From the NCBI GenBank assembly GCA_035491515.1, contig DATJKM010000164.1:7640-71639 (forward strand): a stretch of 64,000 bases of DNA, written 5' to 3'. Both the position numbers and the translations under genes were made by a program. Source of the stretch: Candidatus Udaeobacter sp. GTDB lineage: Bacteria > Bacillota > Bacilli > Paenibacillales > Paenibacillaceae. Positions 49,177 through 59,486 of the stretch are shown here, one piece after another. Position 1 is the stretch's first letter, and every line of letters begins with the position of its first letter. The notes under the pieces are model-generated. The model was not told the DNA's origin and did no database searches. It worked only from the letters and a program-made list of their open reading frames with translations.

Positions 49177-49764
49177 TTATGCGATTCCTGAAAGCAGCAG
49201 GTTCCATACACTATCGAACTCCGCATCCGTTTTTTCCGCCGACCATTCGTAGGCATGTCCCGGATGATGAAAACGCGAGGTTGCGATGAACAGTGCCTTG
49301 GCAATACTCTCCGATTGTCCAGGCTTGAATTCCTTGGATTTAATCCCTTCATCGATCATTTGCGCGATCTGCCCAATCAGACGGTTAACATGTGCAGTGA
49401 TCATCTCAACCGCATCTAAGGTTACAGCTGTGTACATCGCAAACATCTCTGAATCATTGGCCGCATAGTTACGCTTGCTTCGAATGAGAGTGTCCAGCCA
49501 TAAGCGCAAACGCTCCGTAGAGCTTCCGCCCGTTTGGCTCGCAATCTCCTCTAATGGTAGAACGATGCAGCGATGCAGCCAGCGTTCGGTGACCGCTTCC
49601 CGCAAAGCGGCTTTACTCGCAAAATGGCGATAAAGCGTCCCGTGGCTTACTTGAAGCACCTTGGCTACGTCTACAACCGAGGTTTTATCCGGCCCGAACC
49701 GTCTCAATACCTGTTCGGCCGCATCTAAAATTTGTTCCTTATTCAATGGAAGTTCATTAGTCAT
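49177..49764 (-). CDS. TetR/AcrR family transcriptional regulator
   Basis: N-terminal HTH ILDAAEQVLRRFGPDKTSVVDVAKVLQVSHGTLYRHFASK. Start uncertain (alternative ATG at 49809); the 49848 start lies about at the predicted transcription start. Confidence 0.8.
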   Translation of the reverse strand: MTNELPLNKEQILDAAEQVLRRFGPDKTSVVDVAKVLQVSHGTLYRHFASKAALREAVTERWLHRCIVLPLEEIASQTGGSSTERLRLWLDTLIRSKRNYAANDSEMFAMYTAVTLDAVEMITAHVNRLIGQIAQMIDEGIKSKEFKPGQSESIAKALFIATSRFHHPGHAYEWSAEKTDAEFDSVWNLLLSGIA

Positions 49765-49872
49765 ATTGGGCAGCAAAGCAATCGTCCCGAAGCAAATGTT
49801 CAGGAACATTCCGATTGCCCGGCACTTCCCTCCTCTCAGCGCTTTCATGCTATTATATCAAAATATAATTGA

Positions 49873-49898
49873 AATGACAGTAATGTTATTTTGTCATT
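49873..49898. promoter_or_regulatory. palindromic operator candidate AATGACA-N12-TGTCATT
   Basis: Overlaps the -35 position relative to a TATAAT (minus strand, 49852-49857) upstream of the TetR gene. Confidence 0.5.
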
Positions 49899-49958
49899 CT
49901 TCCTCTATTTCGCGCACAGCATTATGATCTTCAAACAGATTTGACATTAAAAAAACAT

Positions 49959-50002
49959 CAAAAAAAGGCTGAGAGCTCTCCAAAGTGAGAAGCTCCCGGC
50001 CT
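49959..50002 (-). terminator. Rho-independent terminator after the DUF2569 gene
   Basis: AGGCCGGGAGCT / AGCTCTCAGCCT stem then T7 on minus strand. Confidence 0.65.
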
Positions 50003-50047
50003 TATTACAGTGTGAGAAAAGCACTTCAATAACACCCTATACAGTCA

Positions 50048-50563
50048 TTATCTTATAAAAGTATTTTTCACTCTTTCAGACTTAATAAAATAAGGAATCC
50101 ATATTGCACATGTGACTATCGAACGCATAATATCTCTTAGCGAGCTGCCGTCTTCAGCCTCTTGTGCCAGAGGTATTTGTTGCAGCAGCGCAAAATCGAT
50201 AATCCCAAGCAATAGATTAGTGCTATAGAAAATAATCATTAAACGTGGCAATATGAACCTTCTTTGATAAAACTGAATCAATATGTATCCGCAAAACAAT
50301 AGAAATAGAACATTATATACCAATTCGAAGGATATGACCGGTCCCCACATGACATGATAATATTCTGAATCCTTTGAAGTCAGCAGCTCCCATGTCTCTT
50401 TCTCAAATGCAGGTAACGAATATTGAAATAATTGGAAAATCATCATCACAATCGTTGCATATAAGCCAATTTGGATGAGAACCAACCAGCCACCTAATCC
50501 TGAAACACCGAGCGGAACAGAATACTGTCCCCTAACCGCTTTTTCCGTAGTACCGCTATCCAA
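50048..50563 (-). CDS. DUF2569-like polytopic membrane protein
   Basis: TTG start 8 nt after GGGGGAGG; GGWLVLIQIGL N-terminal helix and 4 TM segments; family call tentative. Confidence 0.6.
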   Translation of the reverse strand: MDSGTTEKAVRGQYSVPLGVSGLGGWLVLIQIGLYATIVMMIFQLFQYSLPAFEKETWELLTSKDSEYYHVMWGPVISFELVYNVLFLLFCGYILIQFYQRRFILPRLMIIFYSTNLLLGIIDFALLQQIPLAQEAEDGSSLRDIMRSIVTCAIWIPYFIKSERVKNTFIR

Positions 50564-50715
50564 AGTTTTATGCCTCCCCCTGCTTCTTCTATTATCTAAA
50601 CAGTTATCTCTTAAATCACTTCAGAGCTGTCATTCCTATATTTTCACATTAAATTACAAAAATCAACTCCTTCGATCAAATTGGCCGAGGGTTCAAGCTC
50701 CCTGTTCTGTTTTCA

Positions 50716-51471
50716 TCATTCAACTAAGTAGACCTTCTCGCCAACATTCAACTGTCCCGTTTTTTTAACCGAAGCATACACGCCAAAATTCAAATCCATC
50801 TCCTCGTTAACCTTTTTGAGCAAAGAAGCATCTCTTTCAAGCGTATCGGGGTGGATTGTAATCATGGAACAGCGGTCGCAATAAATATCAACTTGCAATT
50901 CCGTACTGCCAACAAGTAATCGCTTTCCTATCAAATCGCTTTCATTGCATATGCTTTCGTCTAACGTTACAACTAAGTTGGCTCTAAACCGGCGTTTATC
51001 CAAACTCTTTCCCCACAGCGCTTCAAGTTTGCGCAATTCAGCATCTGTAATAATCAGAATACTGCCCATATCGACAGCCATCAGGTCAGATTGCTGCGTT
51101 TTATAGCTCAGCATAGACATTTTTTTCTTGGTATACTTTTGCATTTCAACTAATAAATCATCATCCCAATTAAATATTGTTCCGTCTGGTGATGTTACAT
51201 TCACGTTGAGAAACTCCTCATCCGCGCTCTCGCCAATGAGTTCAGCCTTATAACTGAGCATGCTAGGGATATCCCGCGCGGTGAAGAAGCTGTCCCATCC
51301 TTCCTTTGTTTCATCTATAAAAGCATGACAGCGGTCGCCATATAAACCATATGGCTCGATTTTGATCGTATCTACACTTTCTCCCGCTAACGATTTTACG
51401 GGATATCTGTTTATTTCGCTAATGCTCCCAATCGATTTTAGCGTCAAATAGACTACCTCTTTTCCACACAT
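50716..51471 (-). CDS. MOSC domain-containing protein
   Basis: N-terminal beta-barrel IGSISEINRYPVKSLAGE and C-terminal CDRCSMI MOSC Cys motif; start uncertain (alternative TTG at 51447). Confidence 0.75.
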   Translation of the reverse strand: MCGKEVVYLTLKSIGSISEINRYPVKSLAGESVDTIKIEPYGLYGDRCHAFIDETKEGWDSFFTARDIPSMLSYKAELIGESADEEFLNVNVTSPDGTIFNWDDDLLVEMQKYTKKKMSMLSYKTQQSDLMAVDMGSILIITDAELRKLEALWGKSLDKRRFRANLVVTLDESICNESDLIGKRLLVGSTELQVDIYCDRCSMITIHPDTLERDASLLKKVNEEMDLNFGVYASVKKTGQLNVGEKVYLVE

Positions 51472-51502
51472 TTTCCCGTAGAGTAATTGCTGTGCAGCGG
51501 GT

Positions 51503-52186
51503 TTATGCTTCGTGTTTTTCGCGTCGGAAATAACTGATCGTGACCAATATGCCAATGGATATCAAAGCGCCGAAAAGCGTCATAGACATATCTTTCTGAG
51601 AGTCCAGTATATCTCCCTGGACGCCAAGATACTCCTTAGCAAGCGTTTGAGAAGCCACCATTACGACACCCATTTCTCCGATTTCAAATAATGCACTGGA
51701 CGACATAATGATGGAGAAGGTGAAGGTATACAACCATTTACGCTGCAGTCTCAATAACGCCGCGATAAATTCCCTAACGGGATAAACAATTAACAGACCG
51801 AATGAAAAGTGGACAAACCAATCATAAATCCCCCTCTTCATCCCGAAAAGGTTTTTGGCCCATAGATCCAGCGGCGTATTTTTGTACGCATAATGCGCGC
51901 CAATCATATGCAGAATGCAAAATAGAGTGATCAACAAATAAGATCGGTTGCTGAACTTGAAGAATCGATATAGGATCGCAATTGCTGCAACTGAAAGCAG
52001 CAGAACAGCATTTTCGAGGAGCCAATCTCTCATGTTCACGGGAGATATGGCAAGCGCCCCCCAGGCTAGAACGAATACAGCAATCATAAAATGCAAAGGC
52101 CGATTTTGTCTAAACGAAATTTCAGGACTCATTAATTGCCGTGACCGCGTCCATCCGCGCCGGCTATGTTTGGAAGAGCGAAGCAT
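51503..52186 (-). CDS. DUF2238 (YjdF-like) membrane protein
   Basis: ATG 8 nt after GAGGTGA; multi-TM with the HMIGAHYAY motif typical of the family. Confidence 0.65.
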   Translation of the reverse strand: MLRSSKHSRRGWTRSRQLMSPEISFRQNRPLHFMIAVFVLAWGALAISPVNMRDWLLENAVLLLSVAAIAILYRFFKFSNRSYLLITLFCILHMIGAHYAYKNTPLDLWAKNLFGMKRGIYDWFVHFSFGLLIVYPVREFIAALLRLQRKWLYTFTFSIIMSSSALFEIGEMGVVMVASQTLAKEYLGVQGDILDSQKDMSMTLFGALISIGILVTISYFRREKHEA

Positions 52187-52360
52187 AATGAAATTCACCT
52201 CATAGACCAAAAGTTTAGTTTGTATTTGAAATTATCTACTCACCAACTTTTTTATAATGCCCATGAAATCCCATATTACCCCTCCAAACATCACTTGATA
52301 AAATTGGAAATTCCATCAATAATATTAAATGGAGTATATAGTGAAAAGCGAGGGTAGCTT

Positions 52361-53824
52361 ATGCAAACAATGAAATGGCTTATGTTTATCTGTCTATTTT
52401 TTACACTTGCGGATCCGGTAGCCGCCAAAGGAATTAAACACACCGCACCACCGCTCACCATGTATATCGACGGAACCAAATTAGCGACTACCCCGTTTGT
52501 TAAGGAAGGGACGGTCTTCATCCCCATTCGCGCTGCTCTGGAGCATATGGGAGCCAATGTGATATTTTCCGAGAAAAAGATCATCGTTAAACGCGCAGAA
52601 ACGGAGATTATCATGGAACCTGGTCAAAGGCGTGTAAGCATTAACGGCGAATCGGTGTCTGTAACAACGCCGCCTATCGTAATAAAGGGCAGTACATTTG
52701 TCCCGCTCCGGTTTTTCGGCAATGCGCTTGGATACGAGGTGCTGTATCAGCCTTCGGCCAAACGGGTTGTGCTTCACACCTCAGGAAACCAAGCCGTCGT
52801 CTACGGTTATGTAGAAAACTTGGATGGAGAAGGTATCCAGCAGGGTGTTGTGCTTTTGGAGGATGTTGCAGCTGGTATTACGTACGAGGTTCCGGTGCGG
52901 AACGGATTTTATCGTATCAACGTAATGCCCCACACCTACAGATTTAAAGGCTATCGCGACAATTTATCCCAAGGAGATAAGCTGGTCAATCAACAAGAGC
53001 CCTTTGAGGTATCGTCAGGCCAAACGGCATTTTACAAGCTGTCTCCCTCCCAATCAGGACTGAAGGTAACGCTGCGTGATCCAAACGGCACACCGATTGC
53101 TCAAGCAAGCGCTTCTTTCAATACATCACATGGGGCGGTTTACGTAGACTTTCGCAATGGCGTTGGTTATCTCGATTTTTATGAGCCGGGCGATTATAAC
53201 TTTAATGATTTAAATATTGAAGAGGGAGCAGAGACCGACTACGACATTTATCATCCGTTTACGATTGGTGAGGATGGCGTTGTCACTACACTCGAAATTA
53301 TTGCGCATCCCTCTAATATTACGGGGCAAGTAGCCGGGGAGTCGGAAACGGTCTATGGTAATCTTGATATTTGCTCAACGGGCGAGGACAAGGCCTGCTA
53401 CGTACAAGGTGCTCCCGGCGGTGCCTTCTCCTTTTATTTGCCGGACGGCGATTTTGAGTGGTACAGTTATTATGATTCTTCGATTCGCCAGCATTTCAAT
53501 GTGAATATCGACTTTTCCGTGAAAGATGGGATAACGCAATCGAACCTGCAATGGTCGAAGCCTATCATCAATATTCATGGGTCCGCTAGCACGAACGAGG
53601 GGAAATCGTTGTCGGGCGGTTATATCCGATTTTATGGCTCAGGCGAAGAATACTCCGCTTGGGTGGAAAAGGGCGAGTTTAGTTGCTATGTTCCGGATGG
53701 CACCTATAGCGTCAGCTATGAGCAATACTTTGACGGGTTCTATTTATTGACGTTGAATGAGTCGATCAAAGTGACCAGTGGCAAGCTTAGCATCTCTCCT
53801 GAACTCGTTTTTTATCTTTCATAA
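52361..53824 (+). CDS. secreted protein with copper-amine-oxidase N-terminal (stalk) domain and CarboxypepD_reg-like repeats
   Basis: Signal peptide; IDGTKL...EGTVFIPIRAALEHMGANV...INGESV...IKGSTFVPLRFFGNALGYEV. Confidence 0.7.
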   Translation: MQTMKWLMFICLFFTLADPVAAKGIKHTAPPLTMYIDGTKLATTPFVKEGTVFIPIRAALEHMGANVIFSEKKIIVKRAETEIIMEPGQRRVSINGESVSVTTPPIVIKGSTFVPLRFFGNALGYEVLYQPSAKRVVLHTSGNQAVVYGYVENLDGEGIQQGVVLLEDVAAGITYEVPVRNGFYRINVMPHTYRFKGYRDNLSQGDKLVNQQEPFEVSSGQTAFYKLSPSQSGLKVTLRDPNGTPIAQASASFNTSHGAVYVDFRNGVGYLDFYEPGDYNFNDLNIEEGAETDYDIYHPFTIGEDGVVTTLEIIAHPSNITGQVAGESETVYGNLDICSTGEDKACYVQGAPGGAFSFYLPDGDFEWYSYYDSSIRQHFNVNIDFSVKDGITQSNLQWSKPIINIHGSASTNEGKSLSGGYIRFYGSGEEYSAWVEKGEFSCYVPDGTYSVSYEQYFDGFYLLTLNESIKVTSGKLSISPELVFYLS

Positions 53825-53830
53825 GATGCC

Positions 53831-53880
53831 AAAGGCCGGGAGCTCTTAAGTGAGGGCTTCCCGGCCTTACCTTTTACCCT
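53831..53880 (+). terminator. hairpin terminator
   Basis: AAGGCCGGGAGC / GCTTCCCGGCCTT stem with a weak T tract. Confidence 0.5.
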
Positions 53881-54117
53881 CATGCATGTACATGATCGAT
53901 TAGCCATTAAAATAGACGGGATTAGAAATGGACAACGGAGATCCGGGAGAAGTTTTTTACATGCCAAGGAGCTGTTGAGTTGGCCCAGCCCAGCAAAGAA
54001 AATGGCAGCCTGCAACTTTATTGATAAGTTCCAGACTGCCAATATTAAATTATAAGGAAATACAAATTTCTGCTTGTCGTTTTCCGGGATCGAGTAGGAA
54101 ATGACCTTAGAAACGGT

Positions 54118-56124
54118 TTAGCTTTGTACTTGGAGCTGTTTTACGCGGCTAAGTTCCATTTCAACTAGTATCTCATTGTATTTCTCCGTATATTTTGTCA
54201 CGGTCAACACGAAAGTGGAGTGGGACCACGTAAGGGGGGCCACCGAAAGGGGCTCTCCAGTCAAGGGATTCAGCTGTTCGGGGAGTACACCGCTTTCCAT
54301 AGCTTGTTTATAGGTCCAGCAAAGTAAGTTTAACGGTTCTTCCAAATCGGACAATGTTTTTGCTCTCGCGATTTCCCATTCCGCCACCCAGAGTGTGCAG
54401 ATAATCCACGGATTGCCGGGGATCTTTCCATGGTCGTTTGATACGCTGAAATAATAATCCCCTTCATAGCGGGCATAACCGCCAACCTCAGTTTTCACCC
54501 TCAGATTTGCTTTTATCGCTTCCATCGTACGGACAACTCTCGGATCGTCTGCCGGCAGTACACCGAAGGAAAAGAGGGAGAACATGCTGCTTTCCACATT
54601 GTAATCTTTGCTGATTGTTCCGTCGCTGTTCAGGTAAATTCCCCGCAAGAAGCGCCCTGCTTCCTCATCATACAAATGACGCAGCATGGCCGCCTTAATC
54701 GATTCCGCTTTGTCGTTGTAACGGCTGTAGCGGATGTCATCTCCGAACAATTGGGCAAAATTAGCCGCTGCCTTCAACCCGGCATACACGGAGGAGCAGG
54801 TAAAGGTGAAGATGCCTCGCCGTTCTTCCCATAAGTCATAGCTTGGCAGTGGCAGCTCCAGTTCCTGATGAGTATAGTTTAACAAAAATTTGGCTGCCGG
54901 ACGGATTAACGAAGCGTACAATGACTGACAGTGCTCAATCTGCTTGGTCTTCTCATAATATTCCCATAACGTATACAATACGAGTGCGGTTTCGTCTTCT
55001 TGAATCGGCAGCTGTATTTCACCGTTCTGGATAACCGGATGCCAGCTCGATCCGACCGAACCGTCAGGATTGTACTTATGCTGTAGATACCCTTCTCTTG
55101 AAATCGCCTTTTTGCAAAATTTATAAAAATTGAATACCATTCCGCCATAGCCGGCCTTAATCATAGCCAGAGAAACCAGTGCGCCGTCACGCGGCCACAT
55201 ATAACTGTAGTGATCGCGGTTGAATTCCAAGACGTCCGTATCGTTAGCGGCAATAATAGCGCCATTCTGATCGATTTGGGTGCTTACGACCAAGAGGCTC
55301 TTTTTGTATAAATCTACAAGCTCCGAAGGAAGATTAGCAAAATCGTCATTTTCTTTGTTTACCCAACGCTGCCAATATACCTCGATTCGTGACAGAAGAT
55401 GGTTCGGATCGTTCTCCATGACGTAATTGTTCAGTTTTTTCACATCCTGATAGGTTTCACCGACACACAACCAGTAATACAAGGTTTGCTCTTCGCCCGC
55501 ATCAAGGAAAAGGCGGAAAGAGATTGTGCTGTCAACCGAGCCTTGGGCAATGGTATTGCCGCCGAGCACTCCGTCCTCAGCATCACGCCATGTTCCTTCG
55601 GCCTGATTAAACCTTTTGATACCGATACTGTATTGATGGACTCCTTCCGTAGGCGTTTTACCGTTCGCCATGATGTAAACATTCCGCTTGTAGTGGTAGA
55701 CGGAATTCAAGCTGGGATCATACAGTGCGGTATCGCCTATTTCCGATTCATTCAAGTTAAAGTCGTGGTGGAAAAACAGGCGGATTTCCCGGGGTTTCGA
55801 AGACCAGTTGCGGACACGAACCCTTTTCAAATAAATATTATCCCGTTGATGAATACCGTCTTCCATGTGCAGTTCCAACTGCAATCTATCGTTTGTGGCG
55901 CGAATGTTAGTAACCAGCGAATCCGGCTGATAGCGCAATGTCCGATTCCAATCGTCTTCATCCAGCCAGTTAAACATCTCGTCCGTCCATACACCCATTT
56001 TGCAGTAATGGCCGCCCACATGATTGAGTTGTCCTACATATGGATAATAAAGATCTCTTAAGCGAAGTTTGTCATCAAAGTTAATAAGCATTTTGCTGTT
56101 TCCGATTACTAGTGGTCTAGGCAT
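54118..56124 (-). CDS. glycoside hydrolase family 15 (glucoamylase/glucodextranase/trehalase-like)
   Basis: 668 aa with N-terminal beta-sandwich and (alpha/alpha)6 region motifs (YSYMWPRDGA, WEERRG, PLTWSH). Confidence 0.8.
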   Translation of the reverse strand: MPRPLVIGNSKMLINFDDKLRLRDLYYPYVGQLNHVGGHYCKMGVWTDEMFNWLDEDDWNRTLRYQPDSLVTNIRATNDRLQLELHMEDGIHQRDNIYLKRVRVRNWSSKPREIRLFFHHDFNLNESEIGDTALYDPSLNSVYHYKRNVYIMANGKTPTEGVHQYSIGIKRFNQAEGTWRDAEDGVLGGNTIAQGSVDSTISFRLFLDAGEEQTLYYWLCVGETYQDVKKLNNYVMENDPNHLLSRIEVYWQRWVNKENDDFANLPSELVDLYKKSLLVVSTQIDQNGAIIAANDTDVLEFNRDHYSYMWPRDGALVSLAMIKAGYGGMVFNFYKFCKKAISREGYLQHKYNPDGSVGSSWHPVIQNGEIQLPIQEDETALVLYTLWEYYEKTKQIEHCQSLYASLIRPAAKFLLNYTHQELELPLPSYDLWEERRGIFTFTCSSVYAGLKAAANFAQLFGDDIRYSRYNDKAESIKAAMLRHLYDEEAGRFLRGIYLNSDGTISKDYNVESSMFSLFSFGVLPADDPRVVRTMEAIKANLRVKTEVGGYARYEGDYYFSVSNDHGKIPGNPWIICTLWVAEWEIARAKTLSDLEEPLNLLCWTYKQAMESGVLPEQLNPLTGEPLSVAPLTWSHSTFVLTVTKYTEKYNEILVEMELSRVKQLQVQS

Positions 56125-56163
56125 TTTCTACACGTCCTCAATTCGTCTGTTAGCATTAGTTGG

Positions 56164-57276
56164 TTAAATTCTGCTTTTCTTTGTGAATACCGTTGGGGCA
56201 GTCTGTTCTCCTATAAGTCTGCTTCCCTGTGTGACATATACTTCCTTGTCAAGGATAACGCGGTCTAAGACAGCCTCTTCTTCAATGACGCAATTTTGCA
56301 TCAATATGCTGTTCTTAACAACCGCTCCTTTAGCGACTTTAACTCCCCTGAACAGAATGCTGTTCTCAACGGTTCCTTCAATAATGCAGCCGTTCGCGAT
56401 CAGTGAATTTGTTGCTTGAATATCTCTCGTATACTTAGTGGGAGGCTCGTCCTTGATTTTGGTGTAAATGGGACCCGGCTCGAAAAAGAGCGATTCGTAC
56501 ACTTCCGGTTTTAATAAGTCCATACTGAATTTGTAATAATTATGAATGGAATTAATAACAGCCAGATGACCTTTATATTCAAAGGCGTATACATTTAATG
56601 CATCAAGATTGCGCATTATGACATGTCTTACAAGATCGTAGTAGTTTTGCGCCACGCTCTTTTTCACCAGATCAACTAATAATTCCTTTTTAATAATGAT
56701 CGTCCGCATATACACTTTGCTGCTGTCATGCTTCAGATGGTTCTCGGTCATATTCGTGACGCGGCCATCCTCGTTCAGCTCCACCATGATCAGGTTGGCG
56801 AGGTTTTCCTCGCTGGTGTTCATTTCTTTGTAAATGATGGTAATATCCGCATTTCTCTTCTGATGGAACTCCACCACTTCGGCAAAATTAATGTTACAGA
56901 TCATGTGACTGCTTGATACAACCACGTACTCCTCCGTGCTGCGGGCAAAATAATCGAGGGAACCGTAAAAATTTTGCAAATCGCCGTTAAAACCGGGAAA
57001 ATGAGTATTGTTGGGAGGTAAAATGTATAGTCCCTTCTGCTTTCTGTCTAAATCCCATTCCTTCCCGGAGCCTAAATGATCGATGATGGAACGGTAGTTG
57101 TTGTGGGCAAGGACCGCAACATTATTGATCCCCGAATTCACCATATTGGATAGTACAAAATCAATCAGCCGGTATCTGCCGCCGAACGGTACAGTTGCGG
57201 TTGCCCGCGAGTATGTAAGTTCATGTAATAGCGGCTGGTTGATACTAAGATTAATTACACCTAACACATTATTCAC
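56164..57276 (-). CDS. glgD: glucose-1-phosphate adenylyltransferase subunit GlgD
   Basis: GlgC paralog lacking the GGxGxRL box (VPFGGRYRLIDFVLSNMVNSG); directly after glgC. Confidence 0.85.
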   Translation of the reverse strand: MNNVLGVINLSINQPLLHELTYSRATATVPFGGRYRLIDFVLSNMVNSGINNVAVLAHNNYRSIIDHLGSGKEWDLDRKQKGLYILPPNNTHFPGFNGDLQNFYGSLDYFARSTEEYVVVSSSHMICNINFAEVVEFHQKRNADITIIYKEMNTSEENLANLIMVELNEDGRVTNMTENHLKHDSSKVYMRTIIIKKELLVDLVKKSVAQNYYDLVRHVIMRNLDALNVYAFEYKGHLAVINSIHNYYKFSMDLLKPEVYESLFFEPGPIYTKIKDEPPTKYTRDIQATNSLIANGCIIEGTVENSILFRGVKVAKGAVVKNSILMQNCVIEEEAVLDRVILDKEVYVTQGSRLIGEQTAPTVFTKKSRI

Positions 57277-57295
57277 GGTACAAGCTCCTTTGACG

Positions 57296-58432
57296 TTAAG
57301 ATGAAATGACCATTTTATCCCCGATCAGGGTAATTTCCGTATCATACGGGCTACCGATCCGGGCGCCGTCTTCAATGACTACGCCGGAGCCAATAATAGC
57401 TCTATGGATCACGACATCTTTGCCGATGCGGCAGTTAGGCATAATGATCGAATCTTTGATCAGGCTCCTTTCACCGACTCTTACGCCGTATGATAGTACA
57501 GAATGATCGATTTCCCCGAATACCCTGCAGCCCTCATTCACCATGGAACGGTTAATTTTCGCGTTAGGCGCAATATATTGCGGCGGGAGATTAGGGTTTT
57601 TCGTGTAAATTCGAGTTTTTTTGTCATGGAGAGAAAATGGCGGCTCATCCTCGAGCAGGTCCATATGCGCTTCCCAAAGGCTGTCCAGCGTTCCGACATC
57701 TTTCCAATAGTCTTTGAACCGATAAGCTAATAAATGTTGATTGCTTTCAAGCATAGCCGGAATGATGTCTTTGCCGAAATCGTTGGATGACAATGGATTG
57801 TCCTCGTCAGCTATCAACAGCTCCCTTAATACACTCCAGTTGAAAATGTACACGCCCATAGAAGCCAGATTGTTTTTCGGAAATTTGGGTTTTTCGTCAA
57901 ATTCGATAATCCGGTCGTCTTCGTCTACATTCATAATGCCGAACCGGTTGGCCTCTTCTATCGGAACTTCTATAACCGCGATGGTAGCGTCTGCGTTTGC
58001 ATCCTTATGCGCCTGTATCATCGCGGCATAATCCATCTTATAAATATGGTCGCCGGAAATGACGAGCACATATTCTGGATTATATTGCTCCAAATACCCT
58101 AAGTTTTGATAAATGGCATGGGCTGTCCCTTTATACCAATTACCTCCGTTTTTTGCGACATAAGGGGGAAGTACGGTAACGCCTCCGTTTTTCCGATCCA
58201 AATCCCATGAACTGCCGATTCCAATGTAGGAATTCAGCACCATCGGCTGGTATTGGGTCAGCACCCCGACTGTATGAATTCCGGAATTGCAGCAATTGCT
58301 CAACGTAAAATCAATAATTCGGTATTTGCCCCCAAAGGGAACGGCGGGCTTGGCAAGATTGGCGGTCAGATTGAATAATCGTTTCCCTTCACCCCCGGCC
58401 AACAGCATGGCTACGCATTCTATTTTTTGCAC
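57296..58432 (-). CDS. glgC: glucose-1-phosphate adenylyltransferase
   Basis: [26 protein letters not shown] and C-terminal LbH repeats; GTG start after GAGGAG. Confidence 0.9.
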   Translation of the reverse strand: MQKIECVAMLLAGGEGKRLFNLTANLAKPAVPFGGKYRIIDFTLSNCCNSGIHTVGVLTQYQPMVLNSYIGIGSSWDLDRKNGGVTVLPPYVAKNGGNWYKGTAHAIYQNLGYLEQYNPEYVLVISGDHIYKMDYAAMIQAHKDANADATIAVIEVPIEEANRFGIMNVDEDDRIIEFDEKPKFPKNNLASMGVYIFNWSVLRELLIADEDNPLSSNDFGKDIIPAMLESNQHLLAYRFKDYWKDVGTLDSLWEAHMDLLEDEPPFSLHDKKTRIYTKNPNLPPQYIAPNAKINRSMVNEGCRVFGEIDHSVLSYGVRVGERSLIKDSIIMPNCRIGKDVVIHRAIIGSGVVIEDGARIGSPYDTEITLIGDKMVISS

Positions 58433-58555
58433 CGGTTAATCTCCTCTCTGTCTCTCGCACTTGCTAACATTTACTCTTCCCCAGATTGTCGGTTGACGTC
58501 GAGACGCTATACTTTTACTTCCATTTAATCGACTCCTTTCTAGTATTTTTTACAT

Positions 58556-58569
58556 TGTAAGCGAATTCA
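58556..58569. promoter_or_regulatory. cre-like (CcpA) site candidate upstream of glgC
   Basis: TGTAAGCGAATTCA differs at one position from TGWAANCGNTNWCA. Confidence 0.3.
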
Positions 58570-58611
58570 TATAAGAAGTCAATATTTTCTGACAATTCAG
58601 AAAATATAAAA

Positions 58612-58887
58612 TTAATGTTGCCATTTGCTAGAGTTATACACGATAAAAGCATGAAAATGGCCGGGTCCCGGCTCGGTTATATGTCCTGTTTTTGTCAATA
58701 TTATTTTGGGCAGCAGCAGAGCCAGCTCGAACAGCATCAGATAAAAAAACAAGACATTAGCTAGAAGTATGCTTATCGAAAACAACAGCGTCATATCTTC
58801 AAAAGCCGGAGTGCCGATAAAATAATCCTCCAAGTTGAGGTGAGTAAATAAAAAGTACTTTGTCGCCCCTGCATTAAAATGATTCAA
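58612..58887 (-). CDS. doubtful small membrane ORF
   Basis: TTG start, no clear RBS, one hydrophobic stretch. Confidence 0.2.
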   Translation of the reverse strand: MNHFNAGATKYFLFTHLNLEDYFIGTPAFEDMTLLFSISILLANVLFFYLMLFELALLLPKIILTKTGHITEPGPGHFHAFIVYNSSKWQH

Positions 58888-58942
58888 TAAAGGGGCAAGT
58901 CTTGCGAGAAGATAAAGGGCTCCCTTGCTCCTTATGGAAGGT

Positions 58943-59466
58943 CTACGAATTTTTCAGGTTAAACACATAAAATAATGATGCAACCTCATAAATATCAAAT
59001 CGAGAATCGAGAATCTTGAACGTAATATGGCTAGACTTTGGAGGGATTAATCCTTCAGGATAGACCTCGGCCGCCACTTTTTGATCCACAATAAACCGGG
59101 TAACTTTATCGGCAAAATCTTTTTTATCCAAACTTTAATATTGTTCTTCTCGTAATAGAACTGTGGATTGGTTCTAATCCTAGTCCGCTTTTCGCAAATG
59201 AAATTTTGTTCTCGTAATTGCACCTGCCACTTTTCCTGAAGTAGTGTACGTATTGTATTTATTTCTTTAACATCTACAGACAGTTCCCCATCTAAATCAA
59301 AAACATGGATGTTATTCACAATGTTATCAAGCAGTAGATTTATTATCTTTTGTTTTTTGTTAGAGTGATATCTCTGCATCGTTCCTATAGGCGTACCAGT
59401 TTCATCTTTTATAACAACAGGTGAAGTGCTCATCCGGAGATAGGGAAGAATCGCTTTATAGATCAT
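58943..59466 (-). pseudogene. hypothetical protein (about 170 aa) split by a -1 frameshift in an A6 run
   Basis: ORFs 59047-59466 and 58943-59131 join as ...NNIKVWIKKDFADKVTRFIV... if the A6 tract at about 59121-59126 (T6 on the + strand) had 7 A. Strong RBS AAAGGAG before 59466. Confidence 0.55.
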
Positions 59467-59486
59467 GTGAACTCCTTTATTTGAGC

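Noticed and set aside
53880-54117. Micro-ORFs (14-17 codons) after AAGGAG in the GH15 downstream gap
   Set aside because: They are too short to evaluate without conservation or Ribo-seq data, and there is no supporting signal beyond one RBS-like hexamer.
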